A stretch of DNA of 17,437 bases from Oligoflexales bacterium (GTDB lineage Bacteria; Bdellovibrionota_B; Oligoflexia; Oligoflexales; Bog-1112). Of the stretch, positions 8,954 to 17,362 are shown one piece after another. A program made the position numbers and the translations under genes. The stretch covers positions 1 to 17,437 of the forward strand of contig JBGCDR010000096.1 of the NCBI GenBank assembly GCA_045105515.1, written 5' to 3'. Numbering within the stretch: position 1 is the first letter of the stretch; every line of letters starts with the position of its first letter. A model generated the notes under the pieces. It searched no databases. It was not told where the DNA came from and saw only the letters and a list, made by a program, of their open reading frames with translations.

Positions 8954-10062
8954 TAATTCACTTCCTTTAATCCTTCATATGAAGAAGGATTTTCCTCATT
9001 TTTCGAGTTTAAACTTTCCTGCAGCTGACTCGAGGCTATGGCTTCAGTCACCATATCCTTAGTCCAACTTTTTACTTGCTCAATTTTTTGAAATTTTATT
9101 AAGTCGTCTTCAAAAAAAGATAAAAGCATAAACTGCCCAACTTTAAGATCTTCAAGAAGATGGATTTCATATTCATTTGCGGGTTTGATTTGCCAATATC
9201 CAAACTCTTGAATTCTTACCTTCAAGATACCTTGCGAGTTAGTAGCCACCACAAGTCCTAGGTATTGTTTAAAAGAACCGATGTCATCCTGGGTAAAAAT
9301 AATATCAACTCCACTTTTTTTGGCCATTGTTCTAATTGCACATGGCTCACCTGTTTTGGGAAAACCCCGCAAAAAAACAAAAGGTACTTTAAAATGTTGT
9401 CTACCTGATTTAACCAGCAAGAAGCGCTGATCTAGTTCAATACGATGAACCGTTCCTACCCGAATATCGAGGTCTTTGTGATACTCTTGTTGAACATCTC
9501 CACCCCCTTCACCATCTTTTCTAGCTAGGACATGTTCCAAGTACTTAACTTGTTCGCTTAAGTCCTTAAGCTCTTTTTTCTGCTTGTCTATAAGTTGATC
9601 TTTTTCTTTTAATACCTTCACCTGCTCTTTGTCTTTTGGTCCGAGTTTTTTATCATCTAAGGACCTTAGCTCTTGGTAGAATAGGTCTAATAAAAATCCA
9701 GATTTTCCTTTAGACGGCATATAAAAGCTAATTGCAGGTAGAAAGCGCCTTGCATGCATATTTGGTTCAGGCCTATCCGATTTGGTTTGAACTATATTTC
9801 CAAACCATAAGCTATCTAGTGTAGCTAGGACATTTTCTATATTTAGATCGTAGCCATGTGCAGTGAGGATTTTTTTTATTAGAGCAATAGCACTTTTATT
9901 TTGTCCATAATCGATGCTTGCCCAAAAAAGTTGCACGTCTTTTTCATAGCTTGCTTTTGATAAGGATTGGTCAAACTGTGCAGAAGAAAAATCACAGTCA
10001 TCATCTTCTAATGCCAGATACAGATTTGGTCCTAACTTTCTGATAAGCACCCTCCAAGGCAT
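8953..10062 (-). CDS. Hypothetical cytoplasmic protein with central coiled coil and two putative OB-like beta domains
   Basis: 369-aa ORF whose stop overlaps the motA-like start (TAATG at 8955-8951). Heptad-rich KEQVKVLKEKDQLIDKQKKELKDLSEQVKYLEHVLARK, and no TM or signal segment is visible. Confidence 0.8.
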   Translation of the reverse strand: MPWRVLIRKLGPNLYLALEDDDCDFSSAQFDQSLSKASYEKDVQLFWASIDYGQNKSAIALIKKILTAHGYDLNIENVLATLDSLWFGNIVQTKSDRPEPNMHARRFLPAISFYMPSKGKSGFLLDLFYQELRSLDDKKLGPKDKEQVKVLKEKDQLIDKQKKELKDLSEQVKYLEHVLARKDGEGGGDVQQEYHKDLDIRVGTVHRIELDQRFLLVKSGRQHFKVPFVFLRGFPKTGEPCAIRTMAKKSGVDIIFTQDDIGSFKQYLGLVVATNSQGILKVRIQEFGYWQIKPANEYEIHLLEDLKVGQFMLLSFFEDDLIKFQKIEQVKSWTKDMVTEAIASSQLQESLNSKNEENPSSYEGLKEVN

Positions 10063-10138
10063 AAGAAAAACACTAGGTAAATAATGTGACCACGAATATC
10101 AGTAAATAGGTCAGATTAGACACCAGTCGCCGGAAAGG

Positions 10139-10166
10139 TAATCGACAGCTCACAAATCCAGCTTTA
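10139..10166 (-). promoter_or_regulatory. Candidate sigma28 (FliA/SigD)-type promoter for the minus-strand operon
   Basis: Minus strand reads TAAA (10166-10163)-N16-GTCGATTA (10146-10139), versus consensus TAAA-N15/16-GCCGATAA, about 77 nt upstream of the ATG at 10062. Confidence 0.4.
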
Positions 10167-10379
10167 ACTGCGCGTCCTTGATTAGATATTATCTATTTGA
10201 TATTATTGTATATTTTATCATATTGTCGCAGTTTTTAAGTTCATTTTTTAATAGTCTCCCATCGCGAAGGTGAAGTTTTAAAAAAGCGGCTACCTTCACT
10301 TCAAAAACCAACTTGCCTGCGTTATCTTCAGTGGAGTGGTTAAAATGCGACATGCAACTGTTGAGCGATTGGAAAAAAA

Positions 10380-11399
10380 ATGGCAAAAACTGGCGTCTTA
10401 CTGATAAACCTAGGTTCACCAAGCAGCCTAACAACCTCTGCTATAAGATCTTATTTGAAAGAGTTTTTAAATGACCCGCGAGTCATAGATATCAATCCAA
10501 TTGGGAGAAAGGCTCTCGTACATCTGATCATCTTGCCATTTAGACCACGGAAAACGATCAAATCCTATGCAAAAATATGGACAAAAGATGGCTCGCCTTT
10601 GATCATCAACACAAAATCTATAAAAGATAAACTTGCCCAAACCCTTGGAAGCGCTTATCAAGTAGATTTTGCTATGAGGTATGGGGAACCCAACCTTCCA
10701 GATGCCTTAGAGAGGTTTAAGGATTGTGATAAGCTCATCATAGTGCCTTTATACCCTCATTATGCAACATCATCGACAGGTTCAACCCTTGCAAAAGTGT
10801 CTGAGATATTTGCCAAAAAGTGGGATGTACCAAATTTTAAATCTGTCCATAGTTTCTATAATCACCCTGGCTTTATAGAGCCCACTGCAGTTAAAATCGA
10901 AAACGAAGCGAGTAGTTTTGCTTGGGACCATATATTATTTAGCTACCATGGAATACCTGAAAGGCATATTGAAAAAAGTGCATGCACTTATATCAAGGGC
11001 CCCTGCAAAAGTAAACCTTGCCCTGAGAATATTGAAAAGCCACAGTTTTGTTATCGTTACCAATGCTACCAAACTAGCAAATTAGTTGCTGAAAAATTAA
11101 ACTTAAAGGAATCTGAATTCTCAACTAGTTTTCAATCAAGACTAGGACGCACCCCATGGATCAAGCCCTATACTGATCTATATGTGGAAGAACTCCATAA
11201 AAAAGGGGTTCGCAATCTGATGGTAACCTGCCCATCTTTTACTGCAGATTGCCTTGAAACTACTGATGAAATCGGTAATGAACTCAGAGAACAGTGGCTA
11301 GCATACCAAGGAACCTCGTTTAAATTTGTTTCCTGTCTCAATGCCGATACGGCATGGGTAGAAGGCCTCAAGAATATTGTTCTTGAACACCAAATTTAG
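10380..11399 (+). CDS. hemH: Ferrochelatase
   Basis: GVLLINLGSP, YLKEFLND.RVID, AMRYGEP, PLYPHYA.SSTG, FSYHGIP, FQSRLGRTPWIKPYT and FTADCLET. Confidence 0.97.
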   Translation: MAKTGVLLINLGSPSSLTTSAIRSYLKEFLNDPRVIDINPIGRKALVHLIILPFRPRKTIKSYAKIWTKDGSPLIINTKSIKDKLAQTLGSAYQVDFAMRYGEPNLPDALERFKDCDKLIIVPLYPHYATSSTGSTLAKVSEIFAKKWDVPNFKSVHSFYNHPGFIEPTAVKIENEASSFAWDHILFSYHGIPERHIEKSACTYIKGPCKSKPCPENIEKPQFCYRYQCYQTSKLVAEKLNLKESEFSTSFQSRLGRTPWIKPYTDLYVEELHKKGVRNLMVTCPSFTADCLETTDEIGNELREQWLAYQGTSFKFVSCLNADTAWVEGLKNIVLEHQI

Positions 11400-11583
11400 T
11401 CTACAAATCTTGACAACCTAGAAGCAGTTTCCAGTAATATTTTTTAGCTACTTCCAATACCTTGTCTTTACAAATAAAAACCCTGATGCCATCAGTTCAC
11501 GTTTGAAAATTGCGATACCTTAGTTAATTGCTACAGGGCAAGGCAGAAAAAATAAACTTAGAGAAACGCAGGTTAAAATAAAG

Positions 11584-12618
11584 ATGAAGTTTAAAGACTA
11601 TAATCACAATTTCTTTTCGGAATTCTTTTATCCTATCAATCAGCAAGTAACCTACCACGAAATTCTATATAATAGAGTTTTTACCCCTGTACTAGATCAG
11701 CAAAACAGTGTAACCCTTATCAGACTTAACAAACAGGCCTTGGAAGGTTACCTCAATGTGGTAGGTAAAAAATTGGTATTTTGTTCCAGAGCAAACCCAA
11801 ACTTGCACTTTACTAGTGGTGAGACGGTAATAATTTCCATGTATTTTCAAGGGCAGACTTTCTACTGCCAGGCTCGGTTTGACTCAATTCAAAACCACGT
11901 CAATGGCAAATCCTTTGAACTAACCCTAGCTCCTCCCCATAGCTCACGCTACTACAAGCGATTCGAGCTGGAAGCACCTGCTGTTATCAGTGAGGTTCCT
12001 CTTAATGTGGTAGACAAACTGCTAGTAGGCACCCATAGATTGAGAAGGTTTAGGGGACGCAATAGTAAAACTAGTAAAAATTTTACTATCTGCGAGGATT
12101 ACCTTGCGGACAATAAAACCCATAATTTAAAACACATGGTGCAAAGAAATTCCCCTTTGCTTTCCGGAAAGATCGTCAATATTTCCCAGGGTGGTTGTCA
12201 AATTATTTTAGATGGTGAAAGTACTCAGTTTGCTAAGGAATTGAGAAATGATTCTATCATCTATATTCAGACTAGCTTGACATGGGGACGTCTCTCCTCA
12301 TCGATTCGAAGCCTAGCACATGTTAAAACATGTAAACAATTGCAAAATACTATCAAACTACATTGTGCGTTCATCGACAACCTACCGCGCATACCACATA
12401 AGCTAAAATATTTAGATTACCAATTCCTCCTCAGATTTGGTGAACCTGTATCCATAAAACTCAATAACAAACATAAATTGATACTCCAATCAGAAGGAGC
12501 GGTCAGACTTCCTTTAGGAATTCATGATATAGAGATCAGATGGTCCAGCGGGAGGATATCTAACCAACGCCTTGATTTACGTAACTACAACCACAACGTC
12601 TTGACTTTTAGGCACTAG
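11584..12618 (+). CDS. PilZ-domain protein (putative c-di-GMP effector, YcgR-like layout)
   Basis: RxxxR motif (RYYKR) after a beta-rich N-terminal domain, and (D/N)xSxxG motif (NISQGG). Confidence 0.65.
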   Translation: MKFKDYNHNFFSEFFYPINQQVTYHEILYNRVFTPVLDQQNSVTLIRLNKQALEGYLNVVGKKLVFCSRANPNLHFTSGETVIISMYFQGQTFYCQARFDSIQNHVNGKSFELTLAPPHSSRYYKRFELEAPAVISEVPLNVVDKLLVGTHRLRRFRGRNSKTSKNFTICEDYLADNKTHNLKHMVQRNSPLLSGKIVNISQGGCQIILDGESTQFAKELRNDSIIYIQTSLTWGRLSSSIRSLAHVKTCKQLQNTIKLHCAFIDNLPRIPHKLKYLDYQFLLRFGEPVSIKLNNKHKLILQSEGAVRLPLGIHDIEIRWSSGRISNQRLDLRNYNHNVLTFRH

Positions 12619-12634
12619 GATTAGAATTTTTCCT

Positions 12635-12784
12635 GGGAGACCCTCCTACTACGCTCGACTTCACTCAGGGTGACTCTTTGAATTCCTAATGAATTGTGTC
12701 ACCTCGATTTCTTCTTTACCATACTTCATCATCTCGACTGACTCTCCGTTGCTTAGCGAGGGAGGCGAATGGAGAGATCTCCTG
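12635..12784. repeat. Degenerate REP-like palindromic repeat cluster
   Basis: Unit A GGGAGACCCTCC...CAGGGTGAC (12635-12674), partial unit GTCACCTCGA (12698-12707), and oppositely oriented unit B ATCATCTCGACTGA...ATGGAGAGATCTCC (12728-12782). GC-richer than the flanks. Confidence 0.6.
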
Positions 12785-12880
12785 AATTTTCAATTGTAGA
12801 ATTATACCAATCCGTAGCTTATATTTGCTTTTGGCTTAAAAATGGTAAAAAACAGCAAGAAAATTCTTAGGAGAGTTCAA

Positions 12881-13744
12881 ATGAGCGGAGCACTAGAACA
12901 ACTATTAAGCATCTTAGACTTAAAACAAATTGACTCTGATCATTTTATGGGTGATAGCCAGGATCTGGGCTACCGCAGGCTCTTTGGTGGCCAAGTGTTA
13001 AGTCAAGCTTTGGTAGCAGCTTACCGCACTGTTGAAAATCGCTTTGCCCACTCTCTCCACGCTTATTTCCTCAGACCAGGAGACCCTGAAGAGAAAATCG
13101 AATATGAGGTGGACCGTATCCGAGATGGCCGTAGCTTCACCACACGTAGGGTTGTTGCAAAGCAAAAAAGCAGGCCAATTTTCAGCACATCTATTTCTTT
13201 TCAAATCAGTGAAGGTGGAATGGAACACCAAAGCCCTATGCCTACGGTACCAGGCCCAGATGGCTTGGAATCAGAGCTTGAAAGAGCAAGAAAGGCAGCT
13301 GAGAAAATCCCTGAGAAGCTTCGTTACAAAGCAACCTGCGAAAGGCCAATTGAGATTCGAGTGGTAAATCCAGTGAACTACTTTGCTCCAAAAAAGCGCG
13401 AGCCTTCTAATTATCATTGGATGAAGACAATTTCTAAATTGCCTGAAGATCCGATCATCCACCAATGCCTCCTTGCCTATGCCTCAGACTTTGGCTTGAT
13501 GGGGACTTCACTAAACCCCCACGGAATCTCTTTTCTCCAACCTGAACTGCAGGCTGCTAGCCTAGACCATGCAATGTGGTTTCATCGCGAATTTAAGATG
13601 GATGAATGGCTTCTATACGCCTTAGAAAGCCCCAATGCCAATGGTGCCCGCGGCCTAAATTTCGGCAAGTTTTTTAACAGAGAAGGAAAGTTGGTTGCCT
13701 CCACAGCTCAAGAAGGACTCATTCGCCTCCATAAACCCTCATAG
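12881..13744 (+). CDS. tesB: Acyl-CoA thioesterase II
   Basis: LFGGQVLSQAL.AA, HSLHAYFLRPGD, RDGRSFTTRRV, LLAYASDF, ASLDHAMWFHR, WLLY and QEGLIR. ATG 12881 is chosen because of the AGGAGAG RBS at 12869-12875 (the ORF track starts at 12842). Confidence 0.95.
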   Translation: MSGALEQLLSILDLKQIDSDHFMGDSQDLGYRRLFGGQVLSQALVAAYRTVENRFAHSLHAYFLRPGDPEEKIEYEVDRIRDGRSFTTRRVVAKQKSRPIFSTSISFQISEGGMEHQSPMPTVPGPDGLESELERARKAAEKIPEKLRYKATCERPIEIRVVNPVNYFAPKKREPSNYHWMKTISKLPEDPIIHQCLLAYASDFGLMGTSLNPHGISFLQPELQAASLDHAMWFHREFKMDEWLLYALESPNANGARGLNFGKFFNREGKLVASTAQEGLIRLHKPS

Positions 13745-13905
13745 TTGAACTCAATATCCAAGGCTTAAGCTTATAAGAAAAGATTTTAGTACGATTCTAC
13801 AATCTGTTGTAATCATGGGACTATTAGCTGTATCTGAGTCAATGACGTAATTTTTTTTTAATAATCCCTGCGGCTTCCGATAAGTGAATGTAGCGGAGAG
13901 GAAAT

Positions 13906-14424
13906 ATGGGGGAAGCTTTGAGCAAGGCACTCGAGCAAAAAATCGAAGACTCAGACGAAGACCTCCAGGGTAGGGCGGAACAGATTAGGTCTATCCGTAA
14001 GGAATTGGATAAAGAATTCCTCCAACTTCTAGGAGAAAAAGAGGTATCCGAGCTTGAAATGATTTCCCTATTCTCTGAGTCGGTAAAGAAAAAGCTTGCT
14101 AATCACTACGACGACATTTTCCCGAAAAAGTGCAATAACTGTAAAAAAATTTACACATCTATAGAAGAATACAATAAAGAAACCAAATCTTTAAAACGTA
14201 AAACCACCATCTTCGATGCAATAGGTCTGCAAGAATACCGTAATTGCATTTGCGGTTCTACTCTGATTGTCTGGACAAAAGAAAGGCGTGATGTAACCGA
14301 GTATGGTGTTGCGAGGAGAAAACTATTTGATGAGTGTTTAGAAAAAATCTCAAGAATTTCCTCTGCCAATGAAGCTGAAGTAAGAGAAAAGCTCCGCATC
14401 ATTTTTTCATCTTTTTCGGCCTGA
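13906..14424 (+). CDS. Hypothetical protein with putative Cys4 metal site
   Basis: 172-aa ORF, RBS GGAGAGG upstream, motifs FPKKCNNC and RNCICGSTL. Confidence 0.8.
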   Translation: MGEALSKALEQKIEDSDEDLQGRAEQIRSIRKELDKEFLQLLGEKEVSELEMISLFSESVKKKLANHYDDIFPKKCNNCKKIYTSIEEYNKETKSLKRKTTIFDAIGLQEYRNCICGSTLIVWTKERRDVTEYGVARRKLFDECLEKISRISSANEAEVREKLRIIFSSFSA

Positions 14425-14552
14425 ACTTTTATAAACCATTTAAAAATTTTTGTTACCTTAAAATGGTATACTTTTGTTACCAACAAAATATTTTTGTGTA
14501 TTTTTCAATCGTATCTTATTAGGCCTGCGAATATTGTATCGTATAAAAATAA

Positions 14553-14568
14553 TGGCACGGAGAATGCA
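14553..14568 (+). promoter_or_regulatory. Sigma54 (-24/-12) promoter
   Basis: TGGCACGGAGAATGCA matches TGGCACG-N4-TTGCW with one mismatch and exact GG-N10-GC spacing, 54 nt upstream of the metalloprotease ATG. Confidence 0.7.
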
Positions 14569-14622
14569 GTATCCAGTTAAAACTGACCAGTTAGCCAAGA
14601 ATATTTTTAATGGAGGGGAGCT

Positions 14623-16479
14623 ATGGCTTTTTGGAATGCTGGAAAATTGTGGCCATCTTGGAACCTAAGTTTATACCTTGCCATTGTCTTGCAACTTATT
14701 ATTTCCTGCGGTTCTTCTCCGGAAATGAACGTAGACTCACACTTAAATTGGAGTCAAAGCCGGCCAAATAATCCAAATTATGCCTATCTGGAAGAAAAAG
14801 ACCTCGAAGATACTTTCTACTTAGGCATGAGTGTAACTGCAACAGATGGCTTCAACTCGAATGCCCTCAACATGATGGTACAACCAATTGCTGTAAAACT
14901 ATTCCTTGAGGAGCAAAAAAAGCTCAAGGTCAAAAGTCAGTCTAATGATGGAACTTTAGAAACTCTATTGAGTTTCGATGTAAAACGTCAGCAAAACTAC
15001 TGGGAGATCGACTTTGCTTCATCTGGTAACGACATGGAATTTAATCAGCTCGTGCAATCGGTTGGTGGAATCCATACCGTTATGGATCAAAAAGGTAAAT
15101 GGATCAGTCAAAAACCTCCAAAAGTCCTTGCTATAGCTCAAGATCCAGACACTGTGGTCATCGACATGCGGTATACCGTTGAGCAAGTCATGCTTGAGAC
15201 CGATTCTTTGGGACAAACAAGAATGATAGTAGTGAGTGAAAAGGTCGGGAAAGTCAGGGTTCGCATGTGGCTAAAAAGACTTAAGTCGGCACCAAGTTTT
15301 TCAGACACTAGAACCGTGGGTCAGGGCAAAAAAATCAATATTGGTTATTTTGGCTCAAACTTTATGACCGATCCTGAAAAAGAAGATTTTATTCCTATCC
15401 AAAGATTTGCGGGGATTGATCCAATTGAAGGAAAGAAAGTTAGCTTTTACTTAAAAAATTTTCCCGACCAATATGTGGAAGTGGCAAAAAAAGCAGTAAC
15501 TTCTTGGAATGAAGCCTTTGGGTTCGAGGCTCTAGAAGCCAAAATTGCGCCAGCACATATAGACGTGGGTGATCCACGGTATATGGTTATAAAATGGTTT
15601 GATGGAACCGACCAAGGATTAAGATGGGCTGGTGTTGCTAAAATGATAACCATGCCAGACACTGGTGCTGTGGTAGGTGGAGGCATTTACATTCAAGGGG
15701 ATACCCGCGTTGATACTTACAAAAAAATTCACCAATACTCTCAGCTAGCTGCAGACTCTGTAAAGCTCAGTGGTAGCTTAGGTGGGCTTAGCTTTATCAG
15801 TGAACTTGGCGAAAATCCAGCAATACCCTTTTTAACTAATATAGAAGCTAATTTTGAGCAATATATGCAAGATTACTATTTAGAGACTATTGCTCATGAA
15901 ATTGGTCATGTTTTAGGCTTACGCCACAACTTTAAGGGCTCTACACAATTAGATACTTTGGGACACAGTGCTTCGGTCATGGACTACCTTCCACGAGCAG
16001 AACGGTCTGACTATATAGGCCCAGGTATGTACGATATCGCAGCAATTCGCTGGGGATATTTCGGGACTACTCCAGATTTTGAATTACCTTTCTGTACAGA
16101 TGAAGATCTTTGGACAGTATGGGACTGTAGCCAGGGAGACCACGGTGATCCAGTAAACTACGTAGTGAAAGGCCTGATAAATAGCTCAGATTTCTTGGCC
16201 AACTCATCAGTCCCTGTGACAGAACATTCCATCTTTGCAAGCGTTTCAGGAGTTATTGAAAACGCTTATAAAATGTGGATCTTGCGTGATCAAATGCCCT
16301 GGGATCAGAAATTAAAGCTAGAAAAAGAGCTCCCAAAGGCCTATAGCTATTTGAGAGAGGTGAAACCATCACTTGCTCTCAGTAGTCAAGACCAAGATGT
16401 GGCTGCAAAGAACATTGAGATCATGAGGTATTTTGTTAACCAAAAAGAAGAAATGCTCAGAAAAGAAGAAAGAATATAG
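14623..16479 (+). CDS. Lipoprotein zinc metalloprotease (metzincin, DUF4953/EcxA-like)
   Basis: RBS GGAGGGG, lipobox-like LIISC, WNEAF, GDPRY, HEIGHVLGLRHNF zinc motif, SVMDY Met-turn, G.YDIAAIRWGY and FCTD. Confidence 0.9.
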   Translation: MAFWNAGKLWPSWNLSLYLAIVLQLIISCGSSPEMNVDSHLNWSQSRPNNPNYAYLEEKDLEDTFYLGMSVTATDGFNSNALNMMVQPIAVKLFLEEQKKLKVKSQSNDGTLETLLSFDVKRQQNYWEIDFASSGNDMEFNQLVQSVGGIHTVMDQKGKWISQKPPKVLAIAQDPDTVVIDMRYTVEQVMLETDSLGQTRMIVVSEKVGKVRVRMWLKRLKSAPSFSDTRTVGQGKKINIGYFGSNFMTDPEKEDFIPIQRFAGIDPIEGKKVSFYLKNFPDQYVEVAKKAVTSWNEAFGFEALEAKIAPAHIDVGDPRYMVIKWFDGTDQGLRWAGVAKMITMPDTGAVVGGGIYIQGDTRVDTYKKIHQYSQLAADSVKLSGSLGGLSFISELGENPAIPFLTNIEANFEQYMQDYYLETIAHEIGHVLGLRHNFKGSTQLDTLGHSASVMDYLPRAERSDYIGPGMYDIAAIRWGYFGTTPDFELPFCTDEDLWTVWDCSQGDHGDPVNYVVKGLINSSDFLANSSVPVTEHSIFASVSGVIENAYKMWILRDQMPWDQKLKLEKELPKAYSYLREVKPSLALSSQDQDVAAKNIEIMRYFVNQKEEMLRKEERI

Positions 16480-16687
16480 ACACTTTTCAGGTCCAATTCC
16501 TACCTATATTTACATTGCCCAAAACACCTATCTGGGCACATTTACCTCCCTATGATCTCCGCTTTAAAATTGAGGTTCCTCCAGCTAGGCCCATGATAAA
16601 TAAGGATAATTATATTGCTTAAATATTACAATCAACCATGAGGTAAATCGAACCGAAATGCTAGCATATTAGAGGAGGGATTAGATA

Positions 16688-17362
16688 TTGGCCACAGCCT
16701 GCAAAAAAGCCTTAATATATTGTTACCTACTTGTTCTTATTGGCTGCAATGCAGATAATCTCGACACTCAAGATCTTGAGCAAAGCTTCCTTTTTGCCAA
16801 ATCAAATGGCGATTACCTAGTTGATGAGAGTCGGAGCCTAAGCATCACAGAGGTTCTAGCTAAGGAATCAGGATTTAGCCCAAGTTTAGAAATACCAAAT
16901 AAATTTATGGTAAATGCTGCGATTTGGCAAAGGTTTGAGGTAGAAAACCTTTTCCCAGAAGAAAAAAGTCTCATCTTAATTTACAAATACAATATAATCC
17001 ATCAGTTGTCTGCATACTCCTTTCCTTTAAATCAAAATATACCCAAATATTCCGGTACCACAGTTGACCCACAGCAACGGGACCTAAAAAATTGGAAAAT
17101 GGGATTTACATTCACCTTTAAGCCACATGAGAAAAAAACTATTCTTATAAAATCCACAACTTCTGACAGAGTGAATCTTTCCCATGAGTGGCTAACGCCT
17201 AAAGCTTACCAAACTCAATTGATGCAAAACCTAGCGGCACAGAACTTGTTCTATGGAGTGATGTTAGTTCTAATTTTGTATAACTTTTTTCTCTTTCTAT
17301 CTAGTGTCTGGTCGGAAACTAAATTCTTGCCTTTGCAACTCAGTTTTTTTTATCGCGGTTGA
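16688..17362 (+). pseudogene. Truncated 7TM-DISM receptor (extracellular 7TMR-DISMED2-like domain plus first TM helix only)
   Basis: RBS GAGGAGG before TTG. D.S.SLSI.EV, W.RF.V.N, SG....P..R and LFYGVMLVLILYNFFLFLS (typical first helix of 7TMR-DISM_7TM), followed by unrelated residues and a stop. Confidence 0.7.

Noticed and set aside
10266..10302. Imperfect inverted repeat GAAGGTGAAG / CTTCACTTC as a riboswitch or operator
   Set aside because: Short and imperfect, with no recognisable RNA family motif.
10189..10434. 81-aa minus-strand ORF as an additional first gene of the operon
   Set aside because: It overlaps the hemH start and the divergent promoter region and has no motif. It cannot be fully excluded.
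11410..11440. Sigma70 promoter from a perfect TTGACA
   Set aside because: The best -10 (TAATAT at 11435) needs a 19-nt spacer, which is too weak to call.
14474..14668. 64-aa ORF upstream of the metalloprotease
   Set aside because: It runs across the sigma54 promoter and overlaps the protease start, with no RBS or motif.
1566..15686. Short ORFs nested in or antisense to long genes (1566, 4212, 4234, 5629, 6192, 6358, 7228, 8121, 10467, 11168, 12998, 13032, 13271, 14151, 15019, 15447)
   Set aside because: They overlap well-supported genes and show no recognisable motifs, so they are treated as shadow ORFs.
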